From Eledone cirrhosa (Eukaryota), in NCBI GenBank assembly GCA_964016885.1, contig OZ024740.1:435798001-435862000 (forward strand): a stretch of DNA of 64,000 bases, in the 5' to 3' direction. The notes under the pieces were generated by a model, which did not search any database, had not been told where the DNA came from, and saw only the letters and a list, made by a program, of their open reading frames with translations. Position numbers and translations under genes: made by a program. Positions 13,830-27,235 of this stretch are shown one piece after another (the first letter of the stretch is position 1; each line of letters opens with the position of its first letter).

Positions 13830-14286
13830 TCTATATATATAAAAGCAAGTCGGTCTGTGTGTGTGTGTGTGTCTGTCTGTGTACAAATACTAGACTCCTT
13901 TTAACTTTTGAAGTACTAGGCCGATTTTCTTCAAGGAATGATATTTCTATGTCCAGTTGATGGTCAACGTGATAGTGGCAGCGCCATCTTACGCATAGGG
14001 TTTAGTCTACTGAAGGACATACGGTGCGTCTATTTCATCTTTATCCCCTTACTCATACCTACTACAGCAAGGCCGGACCTGAAATCATTCACGTCAATTA
14101 ACTCAAGCTACCCCATGAATTGTTTTTATGTTGCCGTTTATTTCACTCAATCATGTCACTGTACACCCATTTTGTTAAACTTTGTTTTACAATTACATTT
14201 CAATTCTTTGCTCAACCTTTGGCTCTCTTTATACGGACAAACAGGCTGTCATTCATTTCCCGAGCAATGTTGGGTACATCTGCTAG
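13830..14286 (+). mobile_element. Non-autonomous Helitron
   Basis: 5' A|TCTATATATATAAAAGC start, subterminal hairpin CCCGA-GCAATG-TTGGG, 3' CTAG|T end; inserted between A and T. Confidence 0.7.
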
Positions 14287-14334
14287 TATACATATATAAA
14301 TACATATATACATGCATACATACATATATATATA

Positions 14335-14527
14335 TAGGAACAAGTATGACCCAATGGCAGAGCTCAAGCCGTTTTGATGGTTATTTCAGTCTAGAAATAG
14401 CCGTCGAAACGGCTTGAGCTCTGCCGTCGGGGTCATGCTTGTTCCTATTACCCACTCTACTACCCTAAGTATTGAGTACTTTGGTGCGTTATGGTCCATC
14501 TGGTTCCTTACCACAATTCCTTCATTA
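14335..14527 (+). mobile_element. Small hairpin-plus-tail repeat (copy 1 of 4)
   Basis: About 55-bp inverted arms plus an ~80-nt tail shared with 27231-27438, 33203-33396 and 48684-48819. Confidence 0.8.
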
Positions 14528-14923
14528 TATATATATATACATACATACATACATAGATGTATATAGTCAGTTCAATTAAAAACAGTGTGATGTTTCTATT
14601 TCTGTTTCACAAGTTTAAAATATGTTAGATGTTTATATATACACCCTCCATATTGTAACTTCTCAAGTGTCAAGAGGAGTTGAGAATTCTGACTGAAACA
14701 GTCTCGGAAACAAAACAGGATACTAAATGAACCGTCATATATAGCCTCTTAAACACATTTTTACACATTGTGTGTGTGTATATATGTGTGTGTGTGTGTG
14801 TGTGTGATCAAAAGTACATATATTATAGGCGTGATATAATATAGTCCAATTGTAGATAACGGTTGATAGAATAGACTTAGTTATAACTAGTTGCTATATG
14901 AACTTATAAAATGTTTGTCCAAG

Positions 14924-15061
14924 ATAAGAAACCAGTTCGTATAAAGCGACTAAACAGTTATTTAAGAAGCCTGAGTATTAGTCCTACCAAGAGTCCCAAA
15001 TCTTCAAATTTTGACTGGTCAAACGTGACTTTTGAGACTGATTTAACTGAACCAACCCAAG
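14924..15061 (+). CDS. Candidate 138-nt symmetric (phase 1-1) coding exon of the same host gene
   Basis: Acceptor tttgtccaag and donor AAG|gtaacc; open frame (D)KKPVRIKRLNSYLRSLSISPTKSPKSSNFDWSNVTFETDLTEPTQ. The phase matches the 3692 donor (G+AT=GAT). Unique sequence between repeats. Confidence 0.55.
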
Positions 15062-15147
15062 GTAACCTTCTCACTCAACTTTTCTCTTCTTTACTTAGAC
15101 ATATTTTTTATTCATGTACACACACACACACATACACACATACACAT

Positions 15148-15245
15148 ATCATCATCATTTTATGTCTGCTTGCAAGGGTGGGACGGGTCCTACTCAGCAC
15201 AGCATCTCTTCACTTGTCACGGTCCTTCGTCATCTCCTCGGTGAG
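15148..15245 (-). mobile_element. RTE subfamily C extreme 3' fragment
   Basis: Matches 27537-27645. Confidence 0.75.
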
Positions 15246-15396
15246 AGAGAGACATACATGCATACATACATACATACATACATACATACATACATACATA
15301 CATACATAGAGAGAGATACATATATACATAGAGAGATACATACATACATACATACATACATACATACATACATACATAAAGAGAGATACATGCATA

Positions 15397-15738
15397 CATC
15401 ATCATCATCATTTCATTTTACGTCCTCTTTTCCCTGCTTGCAAGGATGGGACGGGAACTGATTCTGGCTTGATTTCTACAGCTGGATGCCCTTCCTAACA
15501 CCAACCTCATTTACAATGAGTGCTGGGTGCTTTTTTTTCGTGGCACCTACACGTCCACTTTTCAGTGGAATGATAGGGAACCCAGTCCCTATCATTTCAT
15601 TTCTACAGCTGAGTAAACTGGAGCAATGTGAAATAAAGTGTCTTGCTCAAGGAAACAACACATCACCCGGTCTGAGAATTGAACTCACAACCTTTCGATT
15701 GCAAGGCCAATGTTCTAACCACTAAGCCATGTGCCTCC
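15397..15738 (-). mobile_element. tRNA-derived SINE with an RTE-derived 3' tail
   Basis: Full-length homolog of 28594-28940; A/B boxes, CORE-like segment, (GAT)n tail. Confidence 0.88.
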
Positions 15739-15794
15739 ATATATATATTACTAATGCATATTTTTCATTCATTTATGCATACACACGCACACAC

Positions 15795-15825
<31 letters not shown>

Positions 15826-15849
15826 TGCACATATATATCTTATCTGTCC

Positions 15850-16460
15850 CATATTCTAGTGGACTGTTGGCGCACCACAGATGACCGGGCAACCAGCTCC
15901 TTCCATTCCTGTTGCATCCAGCTTCATGCCAGTCCATTCTGGGATGTTTTCTTCCCATCTCTTTTTCTGTCTTCCTCCCTCCTTGTACTGTTCCCTGCAG
16001 GACAGTCTTGGTAAGCCCTGAAGATCTTGTCACGTGCCCGTACCATCTCAGTTTGCGTTGTTTTACAATGGTCATTAGATCTTCGTAGGGCCTGATGTCT
16101 TGCCAAATTCTGTCTTCCTCCTCCTCATTAGAGATTTGGTTTCTGTAGATGATGCCAAGGAGCTTTCTGAAGCCTCTCATCTCCATAGCCTGTTCTCTCC
16201 AGATCTGCTATTATTGTCCAAGACTCACAGACATACAAGAATATGAACATGACCGGAGAGTGCATCGGTCAGATCTTTGAGCTGAGGGCTATGTTCTTGT
16301 CATTCCAGATAGTCTTAAGTTTTGTAAGTGCTTCTGTGATCTGGGCAGATCTGGCGAGTACTTCGGGTTTAGATTCTTCCGCTGAAATGATTGTACCCAA
16401 GTATTTGAAACTGTTGACACACATGAAATGGTTCACAACTTCAACTTATGTATAGTCTCC
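15850..16460 (-). pseudogene. Old, degraded RTE/BovB-like LINE fragment (a lineage distinct from A-C)
   Basis: EMRGFRKLLGI..RKLRWYGHVTRSSGLTKTVLQGTVQGGR; FKYLG motif upstream; frameshifted. Confidence 0.75.
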
Positions 16461-16484
16461 ATTACTGGCAATAATGTTGACCAT

Positions 16485-16646
16485 AAAGGGACGTAACCTT
16501 GCTTTCCAGCATAGTTACGTCGCTTTATGATCTGAGTTCAAATCCCGCCGAGGTTGACTTTGCCTTTCATCCTTACGGGGTCGATAAAATAAAGTACCAG
16601 TAATGTACTGGCTTTTTGCTGGCCTTGTGCCTAAAGTAGAAACAAT

Positions 16647-16648
<2 letters not shown>
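16485..16648 (+). mobile_element. Short tRNA-related SINE, second family
   Basis: B box GAGTTCAAATCC; ends GGCCTTGTGCCTAAAGTAGAAACAATTA; copies at 41987-42166 and 55047-55207. Confidence 0.8.
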
Positions 16649-16677
<29 letters not shown>

Positions 16678-16896
16678 GCACACATACACACTCATACTCT
16701 CTAAAACCATATTCCAAAAATAGATTTTCTTTTACAACCCTACTTTTGCCTCCCTCACCCATAGAATCTGTCTCTAGCTTACAATTCCCCTGTTCCCCAC
16801 CCCCACCTGAACTCTTGACCAGTCCATTAACACAATTGAGATACAGATTTACAGAACAATTTCCTAAAAATTATTTTGTTCTGTGAAAAGAAGACA

Positions 16897-19506
16897 CAAC
16901 TACTACCACCACCACTACCACCACCACTACCACCACCACTACCACTACCACCACCACTACAACTACCACCACCACTACCACCACCACTACCACTACCACC
17001 ACCACTACCACGACCACCACCACTACCACTACCACCACCACTACCACTACCACGACCACTACCACTACCACCACCACTACCACCACCACTACCACCACCA
17101 CTACCACTACCACGACCACTACCACTACCACCACCACTACCACCACCACTACCACTACCACCACCACTACCACTACCACCACCACTACCACCACCACTAC
17201 CACCACCACCACCACTACCACCACCACTACCACTACCACCACCACTACCACTACCACCACCACTACCACGACCACCACCACTACCACTACCACTACCACT
17301 ACCACTACCACTACCACCACCACTACCACGACCACCACCACTACCACCACCACTACCACTACCACCACTACCACGACCACCACCACTACCACTACCACTA
17401 CCACTACCACCACCACTACCACCACCACTACCACTACCACTACCACCACCACTACCACTACCACCACCACTACCACCACCACTACCACCACCACTACCAC
17501 TACCACCACCACTACCACTACCACCACCACTACCACTACCACCACCACTACCACCACCACTACCACCACCACTACCACCACCACTACCACCACCACTACC
17601 ACTACCACCACCACTACCACGACCACCACCACTACCACTACCACTACCACTACCACCACCACTACCACGACCACCACCACTACCACCACCACTACCACTA
17701 CACCACCACTACCACCACCACCACTACCACTACCACCACCACTACCACTACCACTACCACTACCACGACCACCACCACTACCACCACCACTACCACTACA
17801 CCACCACTACCACCACAACCACCACCACTACCACTACCACCACCACTACCACTACCACTACCACCACCACCACCACTACCACCACCACTACCACGACCAC
17901 CACCACTACCACCACCACCACCACTACCACTACCACCACCACCACCACCACTACCACTACCACCACCACTACCACTACCACTACCACTACCACCACCACC
18001 ACTACCACTACCACCACCACCACCACTACCACTACCACTACCACCACCACTACCACCACCACTACCACTACCACCACCACCACCACCACTACCACTACCA
18101 CCACCACTACCACTACCACTACCACTACCACCACCACCACCACCACTACCACTACCACCACCACTACCACTACCACTACCACCACCACTACCACCACCAC
18201 TACCACCACCACCACCACTACCACCACCACTACCACTACCACCACCACTACCACTACCACCACCACTACCACTACCACCACCACTACCACGACCACCACC
18301 ACTACCACTACCACTACCACTACCACGACCACCACCACTACCACCACCACTACCACTACCACCACTACCACGACCACCACCACTACCACTACCACTACCA
18401 CTACCACTACCACCACTACCACCACCACTACCACTACCACCACCACTACCACTACCACCACCACTACCACCACCACCACCACTACCACCACCACTACCAC
18501 TACCACCACCACTACCACTACCACCACCACTACCACTACCACCACCACTACCACTACCACCACCACTACCACCACCACTACCACCACCACCACCACTACC
18601 ACCACCACTACCACTACCACTACCACCACCACTACCACTACCACCACCACTACCACGACCACCACCACTACCACTACCACTACCACTACCACGACCGCCA
18701 CTACCACCACCACTACCACCACCACCACCACTACCACCACAACTACCACTACCACCACCACTACCACTACCACCACCACTACCACGACCACCACCACTAC
18801 CACTACCACTACCACTACCACGACCACCACCACTACCACCACCACTACCACCACCACCACCACTACCACCACCACTACCACTACCACCACCACTACCACT
18901 ACCACCACCACTACCACCACCACTACCACCACCACCATCACTACCACCACCACTACCACTACCACCACCACTACCACTACCACCACCACTACCACCACCA
19001 CTACCACCACCACTACCACTACCACCACCACTACCACCACCACCACCACTACCACCACCACTACCACTACCACCACCACTACCACTACCACCACCACTAC
19101 CACGACCACCACCACTACCACCACCACTACCACCACTACCACGACCACTACCACTACCACTACCACTACCACCACCACTACCACTACCACCACCACTACC
19201 ACTACCACCACCACTACCACTACCACCACCACTACCACTACCACCACTACCACGACCACTACCACTACCACTACCACTACCACTACCACCACCACTACCA
19301 CTACCACCACCACTACCACTACCACCACCACTACCACCACCACCACCACCAACACCACCACCACCATCACCACCATCACCACCACCACCAACAACACCAC
19401 CACCAACAACACCACCACCACCACCACCACCACCACCACCACCAACAACACCACCACCACCATCACCACCACCACCACCACCACCACCACCACCAACACC
19501 ATCAAC

Positions 19507-19538
<32 letters not shown>

Positions 19539-19802
19539 CAACAACACCACCACCAACACCACCACCACCACCACCACCACCACCACCACCACCACCAACA
19601 ACAACAACACCACCACCACCATCACCACCACCAACACCAACACCACCACCACCATCACCACCACCACCACCACCACCACCATCAACAACAACAACACCAC
19701 CACCAACAACACCACCACCACTACCACCACCACCACCAGCACCACCACCAACACCAACAACACCACCACCACCATCACCACACCATCACCACCACCACCA
19801 CC

Positions 19803-19834
<32 letters not shown>

Positions 19835-20267
19835 CACCACCACCACCACCAACAACACCACCACCACCACCACCACCACCACCACCATCAACACCACCAC
19901 CACCACCATCACCACCACCACCACCACCACCACCAACAACACCACCACCACCACCACCAACACCACCAACACCACCAACTCCATCAACACCACCACCACC
20001 ACCAACACCACCACCACCACCACCACCACCACCACCACCACCACCACCACCAACAACACCACCACCACCACCACCAACACCACCAACACCACCAACACCA
20101 TCAACACCACCATCACCACCACCAACAACACCACCACCACCACCACCACCATCAACACCACCACCATCACCACCAACACCAACACCAACACCACCACCAA
20201 CACCAACAACACCACCACCACCATCACCACCACCACCACCACCACCACCACCACCACCACCACCACC
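16897..20267. repeat. 3.4-kb (CCA/CTA/CAA)n trinucleotide array
   Basis: Direct inspection; source of the poly-P/T/H/V ORFs. Confidence 0.98.
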
Positions 20268-20383
20268 TGGAATATTGGTCTCAGTTGATATCATTCAACC
20301 ATGAAATTGGTCAGTTATTTAAGAGGTCACTTTAAAGGTTGTAGCAGTCCTTCACCTTTGGTCAATTGTTCAAATTCCTCATC

Positions 20384-20416
<33 letters not shown>

Positions 20417-20530
20417 GGCACAGACACATACATACATGCATACATACACACACAGACACACGTAGACCCACACACACACCCACACATATACATACACACA
20501 CACATACATACACACACACACACAGGATTG

Positions 20531-20799
20531 TAGTGTTTTGTTACTCTGGAGTTTTGCCTAATAGGGTCCTAGAATTAGTATATATAGAAAAATACTTGTT
20601 TCTACTTTAGGCACAAGGCCAGCAAAACCCAGTGCATTACTGGTACTTTATTTTATCATCCTTACGGTGTCAATAACATAAAGTACCAGGAATGCACTGG
20701 TTAATTGCTGGCCTTGTGCCTAAAGTAGAAACAAGTATTTTTCTATATATACTAATTCTAGGACCCTATTAGGCAAAACTCCAGAGTAACAAAACACTG
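20531..20799. repeat. Fold-back inverted repeat built from a SINE 3' end plus flanking DNA
   Basis: About 95-bp essentially perfect inverted arms (AGTGTTTTGTTACTCTGG...CCAGAGTAACAAAACACT). Confidence 0.88.
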
Positions 20800-21015
20800 G
20801 CTTGGCTTTAATATATATATATATATATAATATGTATATATATATTAAATATATATATATATATATATATACATATATATATACATATATTTAATATATA
20901 TATATATATATTAAATATATGTATATATTAAATATATATACATATATTAAATATATATATATATTTAATATATTAAATATATATATATATATTAAATATA
21001 TATATATATTTAATA

Positions 21016-21310
21016 TACAATGATATTTAATAAATGGAAACTATATTTATAAAACCATATTTATTCTATTATATATATTTCAAGCGTACCAAAAACTTCA
21101 TCAGATAAAATACAAAGTGTGTTTTATAAATTTTGACATAGCCAAGGAACATACCTAATCAGTTGAAGTATTCCTATTGACTATCCAAGGAATACTTTGT
21201 ATTTTATCTGATGAAAGCGTACCAAAGTTTTTGGTACGCTTGAAATATATATAATAGAATAAATATGGTTTTATAAATATAGTTTCCATTTATTAAATGT
21301 CATTGTATAT
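21016..21310 (+). mobile_element. Non-autonomous fold-back element derived from a PLE pseudo-LTR, carrying a hammerhead
   Basis: Inverted arms of about 100 bp; same family as 12030-12323; embedded in (TA)n. Confidence 0.75.
21200..21261 (+). ncRNA. Type I hammerhead ribozyme motif
   Basis: TATTTTAT-CTGATGA-AAGCGTACCAA-AGTTT-TTGGTACGCTT-GAAA-TATATA-TA|ATAGAATA; perfect 11-bp helix II and 8-bp helix I. Confidence 0.8.
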
Positions 21311-21557
21311 TAAATATATATATATATTTAATATATATATATATATTTAATATATTAAATATATATATATATTTAATATATATATATATTTAATATATTA
21401 AATATATATATATATTTAATATATATATATATATTTAATATATTAAATATATATATATATTTAATATATATATATATTTAATATATATATATATTTAATA
21501 TATATATATATATATATATTTAATATATATTTAATATATATATATTTAATATATATA

Positions 21558-24500
21558 TCATCATCATCATCATCATCAACGTTTAACGTCCGTGTTCCAC
21601 GCTTGCATGGGTTTGGACGGGGGTATTCCCACTTGAGGCAAGAGTGATTGTCTTGCTCGCATAGGACTGTCTGGCAGGTTTTCTACAGTTGGATGCCCTT
21701 CCTAACACCAACCACATTTACAGTGTGGGGCTGGGAGGTTTTTACCGTGTTGCCTACACGGCCACATTACAGCGTGGACTGTGTGTTTTTTTGTCATGAC
21801 ACCTACACGATCTCATTTGTTTCGGCCTGGATGTTGTGGCACCAACATAACTTTACATTGAAAGCGGCGGTGTGGATGGGGTGGGGTGGGTGGGACGGGG
21901 GTGTATTTTGTTAGAGATGCCTACTGGCTGTAGTAGGTTTTACTATGTATTTAGGTAAGGCGGGTCTTCTCTATTACTGAGTACCGCCAAAGGTCTCGGT
22001 CCAGTGACATTGTCTTGGAGAGGTGTAAGTGTGTGAGGTCGGAGTTTATCAGCTCGTCCCAGGTTTTTCTAGGTCTGCCTATTCCATGGCTACCGTCTAT
22101 CTTTATTGCCCTGCACTTTGTTATACAGCTATCGACTTTCATGCGCATCACGTGTCCATACCAACGTAGCCTTCTCTCGAGTAAACAACATCTGATCCCT
22201 CTTATTTCTAATTTTTCCCTTAGTTCGTTTATGCTTTGCCGTTCGCGTATATTACTATTACACATCCAGCGAAGCATGCAAGCTTCATTCCTCTCTAGTC
22301 TGCGTATATCCTCTGCACACAATGCCCAGGTCTCACTGCCATGCAACATTGCTGTTCGTATGCAGGCATCATACAACCTGCCTTTCATTTTTAGGGAGAA
22401 CCCTTTAGCGGCTAATAGTGGTATAAGCTCTCTGAACTTTTTCCATCCAGTTCTGACTCTAGCTACTGTACTTTCAGAGCACCCTCCCCCACTGCTGATT
22501 TTGTCACCCAGGTAACGGAAGCTGTCCACTATTTCTATAGAACCCTCTGCGCAGTTGTAAGAGCTAGTATTTTGTGGGCACTTGCTGCTACTTATTGCAC
22601 CATAGCACCGGCCACATGTAAAATCTATGTTCTTAGTTAGCTTACCTGTGATCCCACTACATCTTTTATGCACCCATACTTTGCATTTGGGACATAAAAT
22701 GGAGTTTCTACCTACGCCTTTCCTACACACTGAGCATGGCCATTTCCCGGAAGGGACCGGCGCCTTATTTTCTTTCCTACAAACTATAACTTTAGTCTTA
22801 GCCAGGTTAATTTTAAGGCCTTTTGATTCTAGGCCGTGCTTCCATGTTTGGAATTTCTTCTCTAGCTCGGCCATTGATTCAGCTATGAGCGTTAGATCAT
22901 CTGCGTATAGGAGTTCCCATGGGCAGCCGGTCTTGAACTCCTTTGTTATAGCCTGAAGGGCAATAATAAATAGTAGGGGGCTGAGAACAGAGCCCTGATG
23001 GACGCCAACTTTTACGCTAAACTCTTCACTATATTCGTTGTTAATTCTAACCTTGCTGACTGTTTCTTTATACATGGCTTGTATAGCTCTCACAAGCCAT
23101 TCGTCGACACCTAGTTTTCTAAGGGCCCACCAGATAATGGAACGGGGGACTCTGTCGAAGGCTTTCTCCAAGTCGACAAAAGCTAAGTAGAGGGGTTTAC
23201 CTTTAGCTAGGTACTTCTCCTGTAGTTGTCGTACAATGAAAAGAGCGTCTGTGGTACTTTTGCCTGACACAAACCTGAACTGCATTTCATCTAGGTCAAT
23301 TCTCTCTCTGATTAGTTGCGCTATTACTTTTTCTGTGACCTTCATGACCTGGTCGATTAATTTAATGCCTCTATAGTTACTCCTATCTAGGGCATCTCTT
23401 TACCCTTATAACAGTTAACGATGATGCTGCTATGCCAGTCCTTTGGAAGAACCCCATTCTGTACGACTTGGTTAACTATCCGGGTGACCATGGTGTCTCC
23501 CACCGTGCCAGATGCTTTCAGCATCTCAGCAACTATTTCCGAAGGCCCAGCCGCCTTACCCGTCTTCATATCTTTGATTGCCTTACTTATTATACTACCC
23601 TCGACTAACACTGCTGATCCCTCTATTGGGTCGATGTGGGGGAGACTGTCTTTCTCCCATTTATTCTCCTCATTTAGTAGCCTTTCATAGTGACACTTCC
23701 AAGCTACCTTCTTATCAGCGTCGGTGATGGCAAGTACGCCGTCATCATTAAGTACACACTTCTCCCCAACAATATCCCGGTTTTCCTTGACACATTGCCT
23801 AGCAATCCTGAACACCTCGCACTGTAGAACATGCTTGAACTTTCTTTCCTCTGCTTCCCTTCTTGCGAAGTACACTTGTCTCCTAGCTTCCCTCCTGGCC
23901 ACTTGATAGTCTTCTCTACTTCCCCCATCCCGCCATACTTTCCAAGCCTGCTTTTTGGCCTTAATTGACCCCTCCACCTTACTGTTCCACCACCATGTTA
24001 CTCTCCTCCTGCCTACAGGCCTGCTCCAGCCACAGACTTCGTCTGTCGCCATCAGCAGGTTTGCTTTCAGAAATTCCCACTGTCTCTCTATATTGTCCGA
24101 CTCTAAATGCTCTTCCTTACTGTCGAAAGCATCAAGTAATATGCTTTGAAATTTATTTCTGGCTGTGGGGTCCTTTAGCTTCCATATTTTTCTCCTGAGG
24201 ATAGTCCTCTTCTGCTGTCGAGTACGTCTCGTCCTGACTATGAGGTCGCTAATTATCAGTCTATGTTGGGAGGTGCATTCTTCATGGGGGAGGTATTTAG
24301 TGTTTACAACAGACACTCTGTCACGTCTTCTGGTAAGGATATAATCTACCTGGCTTGTGTGTTCCCCGGATCTATAGGTGATCAGGTGATTGTCACGTTT
24401 TTTGAAGTTAGTGTTACAGATAGTTAGGTTATTTGCGTCACAGAATTCCAGGATTCTGGAGCCTTCCTCATTTCTAGTACCAAACCCATAGCCTCCATGG

Positions 24501-25339
24501 ATTTCGTCGTAGCCATCACAATGTTGTCCAACGTGACCATTTAGGTCGCCTGCAATAATTATATAGTCATTGTCGGTTATTTGGGAGGTAGTGAGCATTA
24601 GTGTCTCATAGAATCTGTCTTTTATAGTGCCGGGCAGTCCGGATTGGGGTGCGTACGCAGATATTACTGTCACCGTAGTTCTATTGAGGACAAGTCTTAT
24701 TTCAATTATTCTGTCGTTCACTCTATTTACGTCTATCATCTTATCTGCCCACTTTTCTGCTACCATGATTCCTACTCCACCCAGCCCATCGTCGTTTCCC
24801 ACCCAGAAAAGCTTATAACATCGTTTTTTACCCTCAATGAATCTAGCAGACCCACCCCTCCACCTGGTTCTTGAATACAACAAACATCGACCTCCTTACG
24901 TTCAAGCATTTCTACAACCTCGTTAGCGCGACCCTTTAAGGTGCCTACATTTATGGTACCAACTCTGAAGTTTTGGATTGCGTTTGGAGGATGGGGGCGG
25001 TCGAAACAAAGAGGAGTGCTCGCATTCTCGTCCACGAGGTGAATTTGTCTTTATCTTTGGCATTGTCGCTGAGCGTCCAGATTTTTCTCTCTCTTCCACT
25101 CTCCAGGATTCCGTAGTCCATCCATCCATCATATATCGAAAGGCAACCGGGCAAGCGATAGTATAGGCCTCTGGCTTATGATTGGTCCGCGTAATAATAA
25201 TGGTGATGAGTGGGAGATCTGGCTTATGATTGGTCCACGTAATAACAATGGTGGTGCATGGGGGCGGGAGGGAGGGGTGTTGGGTAGCTAGCTATAAGGT
25301 AAGGATTGAATGAGGTCCTCGTATTTAACAAGCGATTAA
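21558..25339 (-). mobile_element. Near full-length RTE LINE subfamily A (APE endonuclease + RT), two frameshifts
   Basis: ORF pieces 25035-24772, 24883-23387 and 23345-21951. EN motifs GTINVGTL, CIQE, GDLNGH, QVDYIL, SQHR; RT motifs FVDLEKAFD, QGSVLSP, YADD. Has a 5' UTR and a (GAT)n tail. Confidence 0.96.
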
Positions 25340-25365
25340 CATATATATATATTTAATATATATAT

Positions 25366-26318
25366 AGTGGACAGCTTCCGTTACCTGGGTGACAAAATCA
25401 GCAGTGGAGGAGGGTGCTCTGAAAGTACTGTAGCTAGAGTCAGAACTGGATGGAAAAAGTTCAGAGAGCTTATACCACTATTAGCCGCTAAAGGGTTCTC
25501 CCTAAAAATGAAAGGCAGGCTGTATGATGCCTGCATACGAACAACAATGTTGCATGGCAGTGAGACCTGGGCATTGTGTGCAGAGGATATACGCAGACTA
25601 GAGAGGAACGAAGCTTGCATGCTCCGCTGGATGTGTAACAGTAATATACGTGAACGGCAAAGCATAAACGAACTAAGGGAAAAATTAGAAATAAGAGGGA
25701 TCAGATGTTGTTTACTCGAGAGAAGGCTACGTTGGTATGGTCACGTGATGCGCATGAAAGACGACAGCTGTATAAAAAAGTGCAGGGCAATAAAGATAGA
25801 CGGTAGCCACGGAGTAGGCAGACCCAGAAAAACCTGGGACGAGCTGATAAATTCCGACCTCACACACTTACACCTCTCCAAGACAATGTCACTGGACCGA
25901 GATCTTTGGCGGCACTCAGTAATAGAGAAGACCCGCCTTACCTAAATACATAGTAAAACCTGCTACAGTCAGTAGGCATCTCTAACAAAATACACCCCCC
26001 CCCCACCCCATCCACACCGCACCTTTCAATGTAAAGTTATGTTGGTGCCACAACATCCAGGCCGAAACAAATGAGATCGTGTAGGTGTCATGATTAAAAA
26101 ACACACAGTCCACACTGTAATGTGGCCGTGTAGGCAACACGGTAAAAACCTCCCAACCCCACACTGTAAATGTGGTTGGTGTTAGGAAGGGCATCCAACT
26201 GTAGAAAACCTGCCAGACAGTCCTATGCGAGCAAGACAATCACTCTTGCCTCAAGTGGGAAAACTCCCGTCCAAACCCATGCAAGCGTGGAACACGGACG
26301 TTAAACGATGATGATGAT
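25366..26318 (+). mobile_element. RTE subfamily A, 5'-truncated
   Basis: ORF 25367-25945 (DSFRYLG...KTRLT), 3' UTR and (GAT)n. Confidence 0.95.
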
Positions 26319-26334
26319 ATATATATATATATAT

Positions 26335-27113
26335 CATCATCATCATGTTTAGCGTCCGTGTTCCACGCTTGCATGGGTTTGGACGGGGGTTTTCCCACTT
26401 GAGGCAAGAGTGGTTGTCTTGCTCGCATAGGACTGTCTGGCGGGTTTTCTACAGTTGGATGCCCTTCCTAACACCAACCACATTTACAGTGTGGGGCTGG
26501 GAGTTTTTACCGTGTTGCCTACACGGCCACATTACAGCGTGGACTGTCTGGCGGGTTTTCTACAGCTGGATGCCCTTCCTAACACCAACCACATTTACAG
26601 TGTGGGGCTGGGAGGTTTTTACCGTGTTGCCTACACGGCCACATTTACAGCGTGGACTGTGTGTTTTTTTGTCGTGACACCTACACGATCTCATTTGTTT
26701 CGGCCTGGATGTTGTGGGACCAACATAACTTTACATTGAAAGAGGCGGTGTGGATGGGGTGGAGGTGGTGGAACGGGGGGGGAGGTGTTTTGATAGAGAT
26801 GCCTACTGACTGTAGTAGGTTTTTACTTTGTATTTAGGTAAGGCGGGTCTTCTCTATTACTGAGTACCGCCAAAGGTCTCGGACCAGTGACATTGTCTTG
26901 GAGAGGTGTAAGCGTGTGAGGTCGGAATTTATCAGCTCGTCCCATGTTTTTCTGGGTCTGCCTACTCCGTGGCTACCGTCTATCTTTATTGCCCTGCACT
27001 TTGTTATACAGCTGTTGTCTTTCATGCGCATCACGTGACCGTACCAACGTAGCCTTCTCTCGAGTAAACAACATCTGATCCCTCTTCTAATTTTTTTCTT
27101 AGTTCGTTTATGC
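26335..27113 (-). mobile_element. RTE subfamily A, 5'-truncated, with an ~110-bp duplication in the 3' UTR
   Basis: ORF end 27034-26834; duplicated GGACTGTCTGGCGGG...CAGCGT block. Confidence 0.94.
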
Positions 27114-27155
27114 TAAATATATATATATATATATTTTATATATATATATATATTT

Positions 27156-27230
<75 letters not shown>

Positions 27231-27235
<5 letters not shown>

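Noticed and set aside
16871-20335. ORFs of 800-1150 aa (poly-Pro/Thr/His/Val)
   Set aside because: Translations of a stop-free trinucleotide array; no splice or domain evidence
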